A stretch of 64,000 bases of DNA from a virus (taxonomy: Duplodnaviria; Caudoviricetes): positions 1 through 64,000 of IMG/VR virus record IMGVR_UViG_3300005805_000068. One strand, given 5' to 3'. Below, piece by piece: positions 1 to 8,844 of this stretch (positions are counted from its first letter, which is position 1; the number at the start of each line of letters is the position of its first letter). Both the position numbers and the translations under genes were made by a program. The notes below the pieces were generated by a model, which ran no database searches, was not told the DNA's origin, and worked only from the letters and a program-made list of their open reading frames with translations.

Positions 1-36
1 AATAAGTTTAGAACATAAAATTAAAAGTAAAAATAA

Positions 37-279
37 ATGAGTAGAATCTTAGATTTAATTAAAAAGATATGGCAGGTATTTGTTGATTTCTTTATAGAAT
101 TAACAACAGATCTGCGTGTTAAAGAAAACACTGCTGTTAGAATTGGATTCTTTTTGTTTATGTATCTAGGATTTAGTATGATCGCATGGTACAATGTAGC
201 TCATCTTTTTGCATTTGTTTATATCATTTGGTTACTTGAAAAAATTTTACTAAAGAATAGGGATCATTATGGCAAATAA
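37..279 (+). CDS. Small hypothetical membrane protein
   Basis: 80-aa ORF with hydrophobic stretches (IGFFLFMYLGFSMIAW; LFAFVYIIWLL); overlaps the start of the next ORF. Confidence 0.6.
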   Translation: MSRILDLIKKIWQVFVDFFIELTTDLRVKENTAVRIGFFLFMYLGFSMIAWYNVAHLFAFVYIIWLLEKILLKNRDHYGK

Positions 280-1399
280 AAATCAACCAAAAGCTGCTTG
301 GCCTTTTCCTTCAGGTGATGCACCAAAATCTCCTAAAGCTAAAAAACCTACCAAGAAAGAATTAGAAGCACAAAAATTAGCAGAACAAGAAAAATTAATT
401 GCCACATTAAAGTTTACTCCACGCACATATAAAGTCAGCATGTGGGGATATGGTGGTGAAACAGTCATGGGAACAGTTAGCCGTGAGATCTACGATTATT
501 TCAAAGAGAATCGTCTTAGCGTTAGTGACTTTGCTTGGGACTATGACTATGCTGAAGCCAAAAAGATTCCAGAAGACATGTGGCCATTCCAACCAGGTGC
601 GTGGCATGAGTGTGATGATCTATGTCATACTAATGGTGTTAGCAGGAGTGCTGGACATATCCAAGTAGATGATGAAAATGGTGATGAAATCCTAAATCGT
701 GATCTTGACAGTATCGATGGCACTGATATACAGCTATCGATCAATGATGAATACTGGCCAGGTTCAATTGGCGACGGTGTAGTGTTTATCGGACGCAGTA
801 ATGAGAAAGGTACTTTTTTCGAAGCTGAATTACCGTTAACCATGCCATTTGATCAGGAGAAACTAACTCTTGTATATGATGAAGTTGACAACGAAGATAT
901 TGTCTATACTGTTAACTATGATGGTGAAGACCTCGATAATTGGGGTGGCGGTACTGATGGTAAGAGTTCAGACTTCTATTTCTATCTCGTTGAAGATGGT
1001 GAGATCGTGGAAAACTATTCAGAGCCAGTCAGCACTTATATCAACTACTGGCCAGAAGACTACGAGCAGACCAAATCATTTAAGTTTAATAAAAAGAATC
1101 GTCCACCCGTACCGGGTGACTACAAGTGTACATGGAGCCCAGGCTTCGGAACCAGCTATGGTACGTTAGAATGGGATGGTGAACGTTGGTTAGAGTATGA
1201 ATATGATCTACCCAAAGAAGTTACAGGTGTTAAAGATTGGGCAGGATTAAATTGGGATACTAGTGACATGAAGAATAAGCCTAAACGTAAACCACGCACA
1301 CCTAAGACTGAGGTATATCCGTATCCAAGTCAAGAGACGCTAAAGATGCAGGAACTTAAAGATGAGTATGAATCTTTACAAGTTAAGGATGATGAATAA
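269..1399 (+). CDS. Hypothetical protein (acidic core, basic N-terminus)
   Basis: 376-aa ORF; GGGA upstream; TAATG coupling to the next gene; no recognisable catalytic motif. Confidence 0.7.
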   Translation: MANKNQPKAAWPFPSGDAPKSPKAKKPTKKELEAQKLAEQEKLIATLKFTPRTYKVSMWGYGGETVMGTVSREIYDYFKENRLSVSDFAWDYDYAEAKKIPEDMWPFQPGAWHECDDLCHTNGVSRSAGHIQVDDENGDEILNRDLDSIDGTDIQLSINDEYWPGSIGDGVVFIGRSNEKGTFFEAELPLTMPFDQEKLTLVYDEVDNEDIVYTVNYDGEDLDNWGGGTDGKSSDFYFYLVEDGEIVENYSEPVSTYINYWPEDYEQTKSFKFNKKNRPPVPGDYKCTWSPGFGTSYGTLEWDGERWLEYEYDLPKEVTGVKDWAGLNWDTSDMKNKPKRKPRTPKTEVYPYPSQETLKMQELKDEYESLQVKDDE

Positions 1400-2577
1400 T
1401 GGCAACAAAGAAAAAGAGCAAGGTTAAAGAATTAGCGGATTCGATACAAAATCCAAAACGCTCACTGAGCCAACTTAAATGGGAACATTGTGAAGGTTGG
1501 ACTACTGATCACTATCTTGCACACTTCCGCGATGTGATGTATTACTACAGAACAAACTATAGTGGCAAAGATCTTAAACCTGCTATTCTTATGTGGATGG
1601 CTGCTAACGGTTATAGTAAACAAGATATTGCGATCTATAAAAATGGTAAAGATTGGCGTACTAACTTAACTATGGGTGCTATTGCTAGTTGTTTAAACAA
1701 TGGTATGTTAGATGAGCGTGAGGATTTTAACAATGGTAAAAGTACTGTCGCTTGGTTAAAAGGTGCTATTGCTCGAGTCCTTGAAGAAAGTGTTGATGAT
1801 CACGATGAAGAGGCTGTTCAAGAAAAAGCATCAATACCTCAACCTACTATCCAGGATCGTGTCAGAGAGTCTAGTTTAAAAATGACCGATGATATCGAAG
1901 ATGCTTTAGATAATTTTTCTAGAGATCCAGAATCGTTTGATCCTAAAGCAATTAAAGTGATCAATCTTCTCAAAGCAAAAGAAGCCAAAGCGGCACATGC
2001 TAGGATTATACGTGACTTTTATGTTCACGGACTTAATGAACTTGACGACCTTGAGCAAGGGCAAGATGAACAACTTAAAGAAGGTTACAGTCATTTAAGT
2101 AAATCACAAATTAAGAAACTACACACATTCTATAAAGAAATAGTTGATGCTTGTGGTATGTTAATGCAAGAATCTAAAGTAAATCGTGCGCCTCGTGCAA
2201 AAAAAGCACAGCCTAAAGAAAAAATTGTGTCCAAACTCAAATATCTAAAAACACACGAACAATTAAAACTTGTGTCAATTAATCCTACAGATATTATTGG
2301 TTCCCAAGAATTATGGGTTTACAATACCAAAACTCGTAAGGTTGGAAAATATGTTGCTGCTGAGTTTAGCGAACTCAGTGTTAAAGGTACAGGTATCATT
2401 AATTTTGACGAATCTAAGAGCGTACAAAAAACTCTTCGTAAACCAGAAGAACAACTTAAAGAATTTAAAGACGCAGGCAAGGTTCAGTTACGTAAGTTCT
2501 TAGAGGATATCAAAGCTGTAGATATCAAGCTCAACGGACGTATTAACGAAGATACAATCCTACTTAAAGTACAATAA
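1399..2577 (+). CDS. Conserved hypothetical phage protein
   Basis: 392-aa ORF followed by a terminator; the C-terminus (LVSINP..IIG..ELWVYNTKTRK) resembles hypotheticals I recall from T4-like phages. Confidence 0.65.
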   Translation: MATKKKSKVKELADSIQNPKRSLSQLKWEHCEGWTTDHYLAHFRDVMYYYRTNYSGKDLKPAILMWMAANGYSKQDIAIYKNGKDWRTNLTMGAIASCLNNGMLDEREDFNNGKSTVAWLKGAIARVLEESVDDHDEEAVQEKASIPQPTIQDRVRESSLKMTDDIEDALDNFSRDPESFDPKAIKVINLLKAKEAKAAHARIIRDFYVHGLNELDDLEQGQDEQLKEGYSHLSKSQIKKLHTFYKEIVDACGMLMQESKVNRAPRAKKAQPKEKIVSKLKYLKTHEQLKLVSINPTDIIGSQELWVYNTKTRKVGKYVAAEFSELSVKGTGIINFDESKSVQKTLRKPEEQLKEFKDAGKVQLRKFLEDIKAVDIKLNGRINEDTILLKVQ

Positions 2578-2597
2578 ATATACATAGTGATACCTAC

Positions 2598-2623
2598 AAA
2601 GCGGGCATCAAGCCCGCTTTTTT
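2598..2623 (+). terminator. Rho-independent terminator
   Basis: AAAGCGGGC-ATCAA-GCCCGC-TTTTTT hairpin plus U-tract. Confidence 0.85.
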
Positions 2624-2630
2624 GTTACGG

Positions 2631-2637
2631 ATAAATA
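2631..2637 (+). promoter_or_regulatory. T4-type late promoter (ATAAATA)
   Basis: Matches the TATAAATA core; lies 7 nt upstream of the ATG of a structural-looking gene. Confidence 0.65.
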
Positions 2638-2644
2638 CATTACT

Positions 2645-3775
2645 ATGAATAAAAACAACCTCGATCAAGCCCTAGCCGCACTAGGTGATGCTTTAAAAAG
2701 TCAAGATACAGATCTACTTTCTAGCGATCCTTTAGCGATAGTTAAAAAAATTCCTCAAAGATCCTTATCTGGTGATCATATTGACGGTGGTAAAATTATT
2801 AGATTTAATAGTCAAGGAATTAGCGATCAAGCAACTAAGACCAAATTAACTATCACAGACGACGCTGTTAGTATTCCTGAATTAAAAGTTGGAGTTGTAA
2901 AAGATAATCTTAAAGTTGAAGGTACTGCTGAACTATCAGATGTTACCGCTAAAACTATTAAAGTAGACACTATCGAAGCAGCAAATATCATCGGCGAGAT
3001 CAAATATGAGAAAGATATTTCTGTAGTATTCAATGGTAGTGATATTCATGGTAAAGGAATTTTATGGACAGGACATGGCAATGCCAAACAATTTGTTTAC
3101 AATAGCAATCCTGATAGAATTTTCTCTAGTGAATCTATTGACATACAGAAAGGTAAATTCCTTTCAATTAATAACATCAAAGTTTTAGATGAAGTAGAAT
3201 TAGGACCTACTGTTACAAAAAGTAATCTAAGAGAAGTAGGTAAATTACGAGGATTAATTGTTAATGGTTCGTTTAATGTTAACGATTATCTTTTCTATAA
3301 TGCATCATCAGATCGTCTAGGACTTGGTACTGAAGAACCAAATGCTGCTCTTGAAGTCGTTGAAAATCTAGTCTCAGTATTATTAGGCAGCAAAGATGCA
3401 AACAGAGGTATGGTTGGCACACATGCTACCCATCCGTTTGATATTATCACTGATAACACTCCTAGAATTTCTGTAGCAGCTAACGGTGATATATTATTAG
3501 GTAATAAAAATTCTTTACCGGTGTTCGTAAATGTTCACGGAACGTTAGGGGTTAATGTATCTACTCCAGATGCAAGAGCTCAACTACATGTAAGTGGTGC
3601 TATTAAATTTAATGATAAACTACATCTAAGTGGTGACGAACCTCCAAGAAACGGTGTATACAATCTAGGTGACATTGTTTGGAATTCAAATCCTCAACAA
3701 AGACAATATGTTGGTTGGGTTTGTACCAAAGCAGGTAGTCCAGGTCTCTGGAACGCATTCGGCGAAATCAGATAA
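2645..3775 (+). CDS. Virion structural / fibre-like protein
   Basis: Beta-rich, with LGLGTEEPNAALEV and GVNVSTPDARAQLHV fibre-type repeats and a C-terminal GDIVWN..P....GWVC...G.PG.W motif; late promoter. Confidence 0.55.
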   Translation: MNKNNLDQALAALGDALKSQDTDLLSSDPLAIVKKIPQRSLSGDHIDGGKIIRFNSQGISDQATKTKLTITDDAVSIPELKVGVVKDNLKVEGTAELSDVTAKTIKVDTIEAANIIGEIKYEKDISVVFNGSDIHGKGILWTGHGNAKQFVYNSNPDRIFSSESIDIQKGKFLSINNIKVLDEVELGPTVTKSNLREVGKLRGLIVNGSFNVNDYLFYNASSDRLGLGTEEPNAALEVVENLVSVLLGSKDANRGMVGTHATHPFDIITDNTPRISVAANGDILLGNKNSLPVFVNVHGTLGVNVSTPDARAQLHVSGAIKFNDKLHLSGDEPPRNGVYNLGDIVWNSNPQQRQYVGWVCTKAGSPGLWNAFGEIR

Positions 3776-3776
3776 C

Positions 3777-4355
3777 GTGTCATTAGCATTGGTTATAGGC
3801 AATGGCGAAAGCCGTAGGCATATTGACCTAAAAATTTTCAAACAAGATCATACGTTAATTGGCTGTAATGCTATCCACAGAGATATCGAAGTCGATCATT
3901 TGATCTGTTGCGATAAAAGAATGGTTGACGAAGCATTAAAAAACAATGTACAGTCTACTATCTATATTCGTAAAGATCGATTATCTCTATTCCCTCAATT
4001 GAAACTTGTTCCTCAATTACCGTATCAAGGTAAAGAAAAGAAAGATCAACCAGAACATTGGAATAGCGGTCCTTATGCTGTATTGCTTTCAGCGAATTTA
4101 GGATTTAATGAAGTTAAATTATTGGGATTTGATCTCTATTCTTCAAATAATAAAGTAAACAACATCTACAAAGATACTAATAATTATTCTAAATCAGAAT
4201 CTAAATCTATAGATTATTCTTTTTGGGTATATCAAATATCAAAAGTTTTCGAATACTATCCTAATATAACATTTACAATCTTAAATAATCAAGATTGGCA
4301 AATGCCTAATCAATGGACTTTACCAAATGTAAAATTTCAACCATTTAATGGTTGA
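3777..4355 (+). CDS. Glycosyltransferase-like protein (CstII/GT42 sialyltransferase- or MptE/DUF115-like fold)
   Basis: Motifs ALVIGNGESR, LIGCNA, WNSG..A, VKLLGFD; GTG start at 3777 directly after the upstream stop is preferred over 3669. Confidence 0.55.
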   Translation: MSLALVIGNGESRRHIDLKIFKQDHTLIGCNAIHRDIEVDHLICCDKRMVDEALKNNVQSTIYIRKDRLSLFPQLKLVPQLPYQGKEKKDQPEHWNSGPYAVLLSANLGFNEVKLLGFDLYSSNNKVNNIYKDTNNYSKSESKSIDYSFWVYQISKVFEYYPNITFTILNNQDWQMPNQWTLPNVKFQPFNG

Positions 4356-4380
4356 TCTATAAATACTTTTCTTGTATAAT
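4352..4380 (+). promoter_or_regulatory. Sigma70 promoter with nested T4 late promoter
   Basis: TTGATC(4352-57)-17 nt-TATAAT(4375-80); perfect TATAAATA at 4358-4365 in the spacer. Confidence 0.75.
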
Positions 4381-4384
4381 ATAC

Positions 4385-4431
4385 AAAGTGGTCTATGACA
4401 TTCAACCCACTTTAAACATTCTGCGTGTCAT
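4385..4431 (+). ncRNA. Candidate H-type pseudoknot riboswitch (preQ1-I-like) in the queD leader
   Basis: P1 AAAGTGG(4385-91)/CCACTTT(4407-13); P2 ATGACAT(4395-4401)/GTGTCAT(4425-31); loop starts UC and ends AAC. Confidence 0.55.
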
Positions 4432-4459
4432 CAAACTTACATTGAAAGGACGGCAAGAG

Positions 4460-5005
4460 ATGACTTGGATTATCGATAAAACATTTGAATTCTGTTATGG
4501 ACACAGAGTTTGGACACAAAAATTAAATGGTGAATATGCAGCAGACTTAAAGTGTGCGTGTAGGCATCTTCATGGGCATGAAGGTAAACTTCAAGTTTAC
4601 TTAACAGGTGATGGCTTAGATTCTACAGGTATGGTAACAGACTTTAGACATTTAGAATGGCTAAAGAAATGGATTAACGAAAACATCGATCATCAATTTA
4701 TTATTGATCGTAATGATCCATTATATAATCAAATTGTAGGCGATCGTAAGCTAGTAACTGTAACAGTTCCAAACACAGAATATTTTGCAGGATATAAAAT
4801 AGATCTAACAGATTTAGAACCCAATACTCCGGAATACGAATATTATGAAGGATTTTTTGTTGTAGAGTTTGTACCAACAAGTGAGAATCTTTCAAGTTGG
4901 ATTGCTGAATTAGTTCAAACTAAAATGCAACCACTTAATGTTCGTGTACATCATATCGATTGGTGGGAAACTCCTAAGTCACGTTCTGTATTTTACAGAG
5001 ACTAA
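4460..5005 (+). CDS. queD: 6-carboxy-5,6,7,8-tetrahydropterin synthase
   Basis: F.YGHR, CRHLHGH, GMVTDF, DH and PTSENL T-fold motifs; SD AAAGGA before ATG 4460. Confidence 0.9.
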   Translation: MTWIIDKTFEFCYGHRVWTQKLNGEYAADLKCACRHLHGHEGKLQVYLTGDGLDSTGMVTDFRHLEWLKKWINENIDHQFIIDRNDPLYNQIVGDRKLVTVTVPNTEYFAGYKIDLTDLEPNTPEYEYYEGFFVVEFVPTSENLSSWIAELVQTKMQPLNVRVHHIDWWETPKSRSVFYRD

Positions 5006-5167
5006 ATGTTTCAAAGAGCGTGGCATATCTGGGCCAAGGCCCTTGGTCAGAAAGAAGGCAAGACTAACGAAGAAGCTGATCGTATAGCATTGATAAGAAC
5101 ATTGATAGTGTTGTTCTATATCATCACCAACTGCGTCATTATAGCAGGCGTTATCAGACACTGGTAA
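5006..5167 (+). CDS. Small membrane protein (53 aa, not in ORF track)
   Basis: MFQRAWHIWAKALGQKEGKTNEEADRIALIRTLIVLFYIITNCVIIAGVIRHW; starts immediately after the queD stop. Confidence 0.7.
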   Translation: MFQRAWHIWAKALGQKEGKTNEEADRIALIRTLIVLFYIITNCVIIAGVIRHW

Positions 5168-5174
5168 ATATAAT

Positions 5175-6008
5175 ATGCGTACATTTAAAATCAACAATAT
5201 TACCATCGGTAATGAACAGCCTTTTGTTCTCATCGCTGGACCATGTCAGATCGAAAGCCAAACTCATTCCGAACAAACAGCAGGCGCTATCAAAGAAATT
5301 ACAGATAGTTTAGGTATCAAACTTATCTACAAGAGTTCTTTTGATAAAGCCAATCGTTCAAGCGTTAATACAATGCGCGGTATCGGCATAGACGAGGGAT
5401 TGAAAATCTTAAATTCTATCAAACACAAGTTTGGAATTCCGGTTCTAACAGACATCCACGAAACACATCAAGCACAATTAGCAGCCGATGCCGGTATCGA
5501 CGTGCTACAGATACCAGCATTCTTATGCCGTCAAACTGATCTATTGTTAGCAGCAGGTGCTACAGGGTGCGCAGTAAATGTTAAGAAAGGACAATTTTTA
5601 GCACCTTGGGATATGACTAATGTTGCTAAAAAAATTGCATCAACTGGAAATGAACGCATTATGTTATGTGAAAGAGGATATACTCATGGATATAATAATC
5701 TTGTTGTGGATATGCGCAGTCTACCCGTTATGTCATATACTGGGTATCCCGTGGTATTTGATGCAACCCATTCTGTACAACAGCCTGGCGGAAATGGACT
5801 CACGTCTGGCGGAGATCGAGAAATGGTGCCCTACTTGGCGAGGGCCGCTGTAGCCACCGGATGTGTTGCTGCGGTGTTTATGGAAACTCACGAAGATCCA
5901 GACCGTGCTCCTAGCGATGGTCCTAACATGATCAAATTAGACAACCTTAAAAATATATTAGAAGATTTAGTGGCTATAGATGGAATCGTCAAAAGAAAAT
6001 TTAACTAA
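5175..6008 (+). CDS. kdsA: KDO 8-phosphate synthase
   Basis: IAGPCQIES, KSSFDKANRSS, LQIPAFLCRQTDLL, VKKGQFLAP, FDATHSVQQPGG, HEDPDRAPSDG. Confidence 0.95.
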   Translation: MRTFKINNITIGNEQPFVLIAGPCQIESQTHSEQTAGAIKEITDSLGIKLIYKSSFDKANRSSVNTMRGIGIDEGLKILNSIKHKFGIPVLTDIHETHQAQLAADAGIDVLQIPAFLCRQTDLLLAAGATGCAVNVKKGQFLAPWDMTNVAKKIASTGNERIMLCERGYTHGYNNLVVDMRSLPVMSYTGYPVVFDATHSVQQPGGNGLTSGGDREMVPYLARAAVATGCVAAVFMETHEDPDRAPSDGPNMIKLDNLKNILEDLVAIDGIVKRKFN

Positions 6009-6807
6009 AGAAGAACGTAGACGATTAAAGGCAGAACGCAGACTTGAAAAGGCCGGATCACCTATACCAATTGTAGAAAATTTCTCGATTCCTACACAAC
6101 ACATTAATTCTGGAGTTACAGTTCTATGTGTTAAATTTGGTAACAAGTATGGCGACAATTATGTAGAAAGATTAAGAAACATGGTTGCACGACATATGAC
6201 TGTTCCATATGAATTTGTATGCCTTACTGATAGTCAACATCAAATACCCGGGGTAAGGATGATAGTACAACCTAATGCTAACTATCAAAGAGGGTGGTGG
6301 CATAAGGTTCATATGTTTGATCCTTTATTGCCTTTAGGTAATAGAATCTTATATTTTGATCTAGATGTAATAATCCATGCAAATATCGATAAGTTGGTCA
6401 CAACGTTTACCAACGACTTTCTAGGCATTCTAGATTTCAATAGAAAATTTCATCCTCATTGGAATAATCTTAACAGCAGTGTCATGGCATGGAATCACGG
6501 AACCCAAAAACATATATGGGAGAGATTCCAATCTAATCCCAGAGACGCTATGAAATTACATGGAGATCAAGATTGGATTTGGAAGCATGCCAAAGATCGA
6601 ATCAAGTGGTGGCCTAGAGAATGGATACAAAGCTACAAATGGGAAATACGCAGTAGAAGTGATTTGATTTTAGTGAGTGGCAAAAGAAAATTTAAAAGTG
6701 ATGTTCATGATCCAATAATACACCCAGAATGTTGTGTAGCGGTATTTCATGGGGATCCAAAACCAGAAGATATTAATGATAAATTTGTAGTTGACAATTG
6801 GCAATAA
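5980..6807 (+). CDS. GT-A fold glycosyltransferase (GT8-like)
   Basis: CVKFGNKY, GWWHKVHMF, YFDLDV (DxD), NSSVM, GDQDWI, FHGDPKP. Confidence 0.75.
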   Translation: MESSKENLTKEERRRLKAERRLEKAGSPIPIVENFSIPTQHINSGVTVLCVKFGNKYGDNYVERLRNMVARHMTVPYEFVCLTDSQHQIPGVRMIVQPNANYQRGWWHKVHMFDPLLPLGNRILYFDLDVIIHANIDKLVTTFTNDFLGILDFNRKFHPHWNNLNSSVMAWNHGTQKHIWERFQSNPRDAMKLHGDQDWIWKHAKDRIKWWPREWIQSYKWEIRSRSDLILVSGKRKFKSDVHDPIIHPECCVAVFHGDPKPEDINDKFVVDNWQ

Positions 6808-6819
6808 AGATAGTATAAT
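6791..6819 (+). promoter_or_regulatory. Consensus sigma70 promoter
   Basis: TTGACA(6791-96)-17 nt-TATAAT(6814-19). Confidence 0.85.
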
Positions 6820-6825
6820 AGTTAC

Positions 6826-6876
6826 ATGTTGAGATATCTTATATTGTTGCGCCTACTCGAAAGATTAACTAAATGA
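6826..6876 (+). CDS. Putative leaderless leader peptide (MLRYLILLRLLERLTK)
   Basis: ATG 6 nt after the -10 box; its TGA overlaps the uvsE ATG (ATGA). Confidence 0.4.
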   Translation: MLRYLILLRLLERLTK

Positions 6877-7901
6877 TCAAACGTATTGGTTTTGCCTGCA
6901 AGTGGATCGATGACCCTGTACAAGTTAATGGTATTAAACCTACCGATCCTGCCAAAATCTACAACACAGGTAGTACCACCGTTGCTTGGTTAAATAGACA
7001 AGATAAAGAGGTAGCTGTTGAAAAGCTATGGTCTTTAGCTGAACAAAATATAGAATCTACAAGACTACTTGTGGAAAAGGTAGGTAATTTAAATGAAAAT
7101 CTTAGAATGGTACGACTCTCTAGCGATATCCTTCCTGTATACACTGAACCTACTTGGCGGTGGTTCTGGCAACAGCGCGACGTTAGAGACTTTTGCGAAA
7201 GAGAATTTACCAAAGTCGGTGATATGGCTAGGAAGAATAATGTTAGGCTTAGTTTTCATCCTGGGCAGTTTTGCGTGTTGGCGTCTAGCACACCTGATAT
7301 AGTTGTCCGAAGTATAGAAGAATTTGAATATCATGCTGACATGGCTCGTTGGATGGGCTATGGCAAAACATTCCAAGACTTTAAATGTAATGTACATATT
7401 GCAGGTAGACTCGGCCCAGACGGTATAAGAACTGCATATCCCCAACTCTCACCCGAAGCACGTAATATAATCACTATCGAAAATGAGGAGATGAAACATG
7501 GACTTGATACTTGCCTTGAGCTTTATGATCTTGTGCCTATCGTTCTTGATATACACCATCATTTCATCCGAGAAGGAGAATATATCGCAAGTGATGACAG
7601 AAGAGTTCAACAGGTTCTTGAAAGTTGGCGTGGCGTTCGTCCTACTTGCCATTACAGCGTATCTCGTGAAGACTTATTATTGGGGCACGATACTAACACT
7701 CTTCCTGACATGACAGTATTACTAGAATCAGGGTACAAAAAATCTAAACTCCGAGCACACAGCGACTTCTACTGGAATACTGCCGTTAACGATTGGGCAT
7801 TAGGATTCTTAGAAAATTTTGATATCATGTGCGAGAGTAAAGGTAAAAATCTCGCAAGTTTTGCACTTCATCAACGAGCAGTAGAGCGAGGACTAGTATG
7901 A
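6873..7901 (+). CDS. uvsE: UV damage endonuclease
   Basis: RIGFACK, RLSSDILP, RLSFHPGQF, ITIENEE, VLDIHHH, RAHSD. Confidence 0.9.
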   Translation: MIKRIGFACKWIDDPVQVNGIKPTDPAKIYNTGSTTVAWLNRQDKEVAVEKLWSLAEQNIESTRLLVEKVGNLNENLRMVRLSSDILPVYTEPTWRWFWQQRDVRDFCEREFTKVGDMARKNNVRLSFHPGQFCVLASSTPDIVVRSIEEFEYHADMARWMGYGKTFQDFKCNVHIAGRLGPDGIRTAYPQLSPEARNIITIENEEMKHGLDTCLELYDLVPIVLDIHHHFIREGEYIASDDRRVQQVLESWRGVRPTCHYSVSREDLLLGHDTNTLPDMTVLLESGYKKSKLRAHSDFYWNTAVNDWALGFLENFDIMCESKGKNLASFALHQRAVERGLV

Positions 7902-8317
7902 TTGATTGTATGATCGTCGGAGATAGTATTGCTGTAGGTACACATAATGTTAGACAGGAATGTGCTGAATATGCCACAGGCGGACTCAACAGTTGGCAGT
8001 GGAACAAGAAGTATAAAGATGCCGATTTAACTGCCAAGAGTGTTATTATCAGTTTAGGTACTAACGATCATCAATATATCAGGACTCGTAAAGAATTAGA
8101 AGCCATGCGATCGCGTGTCAAGGCCGAACGTGTCTATTGGATTTTACCTATGGGTAATAGTCCCAAGAGTGGTGTTAATCTCGATGACCTTCAACATACA
8201 GTAGCAGAAGTAGCAGAAAAGCATAACGATATTGTTATAGCAACCAAACGATTACAAAAGGATGGTATACATCCTAGTTGGGCAGGTTACAAAGAATTAG
8301 CAGAGGCCGTCAAGTAA
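7898..8317 (+). CDS. SGNH/GDSL hydrolase
   Basis: GDSIAVG (block I), SLGTND (block III), DGIHP (block V). Confidence 0.8.
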   Translation: MIDCMIVGDSIAVGTHNVRQECAEYATGGLNSWQWNKKYKDADLTAKSVIISLGTNDHQYIRTRKELEAMRSRVKAERVYWILPMGNSPKSGVNLDDLQHTVAEVAEKHNDIVIATKRLQKDGIHPSWAGYKELAEAVK

Positions 8318-8590
8318 TTGATTCTAGTGCAATTTGCACCCTGGAGTGATCCACACCTAATAGACTACTTTGTTGATCGTGTGATGACACCTGTGCGTGA
8401 AAACGGATCGTGGGATTACAGTGATTTTCAAGATGGTGATCCTATAGAACTACGCAAGAAGTTTTATGTCATTGCTAAAGAATTAGGGTATCCTATAGAG
8501 ATAGGCAAGGATGCCCGTGCTACACTTTACCTTTGGATGGACGAAACTATATTAGAACAAGAAGTTAGAAGTCATAAAAAAAGCCCCTAA
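8318..8590 (+). CDS. Hypothetical protein
   Basis: 90-aa ORF with TTG start abutting the previous stop; ends at a terminator. Confidence 0.5.
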   Translation: MILVQFAPWSDPHLIDYFVDRVMTPVRENGSWDYSDFQDGDPIELRKKFYVIAKELGYPIEIGKDARATLYLWMDETILEQEVRSHKKSP

Positions 8591-8598
8591 GGGCTTTT
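8579..8598. terminator. Bidirectional terminator between convergent genes
   Basis: AAAAGCCC-CTAA-GGGCTTTT. Confidence 0.8.
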
Positions 8599-8601
8599 CT
8601 T

Positions 8602-8790
8602 TTATTTAGACTTTTTAGTAATTTTTTTAGCAGGGGCCTTTTTAACTGCTACTTTTTTAACTGTGGACTTTTTAGCTGCTGTTTTTTTCTTAGCTGCTGT
8701 TTTAGCCTTAGGTTTAGAAACTTTAATTGTTTCTACAGTTTCAATTGCTGGTGTGCTAATACCAAAAAGTTTTTTTAAAAATAAAATCAT
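8602..8790 (-). CDS. Lys/Ala-rich histone H1-like small protein
   Basis: KPKAKTAAKKKTAAKKSTVKKVAVKKAPAKK; AGGAG SD and GTAAATA late promoter upstream on the minus strand. Confidence 0.7.
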   Translation of the reverse strand: MILFLKKLFGISTPAIETVETIKVSKPKAKTAAKKKTAAKKSTVKKVAVKKAPAKKITKKSK

Positions 8791-8844
8791 TTTGTTTCTC
8801 CTTGTGATATTATTTACACCATACTAAAATAGTTAAATACAATT

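Noticed and set aside
4352-4459. 36-aa N-terminal extension of QueD in the ORF track
   Set aside because: It overlaps the promoter and structured leader; the SD and T-fold start indicate ATG 4460.
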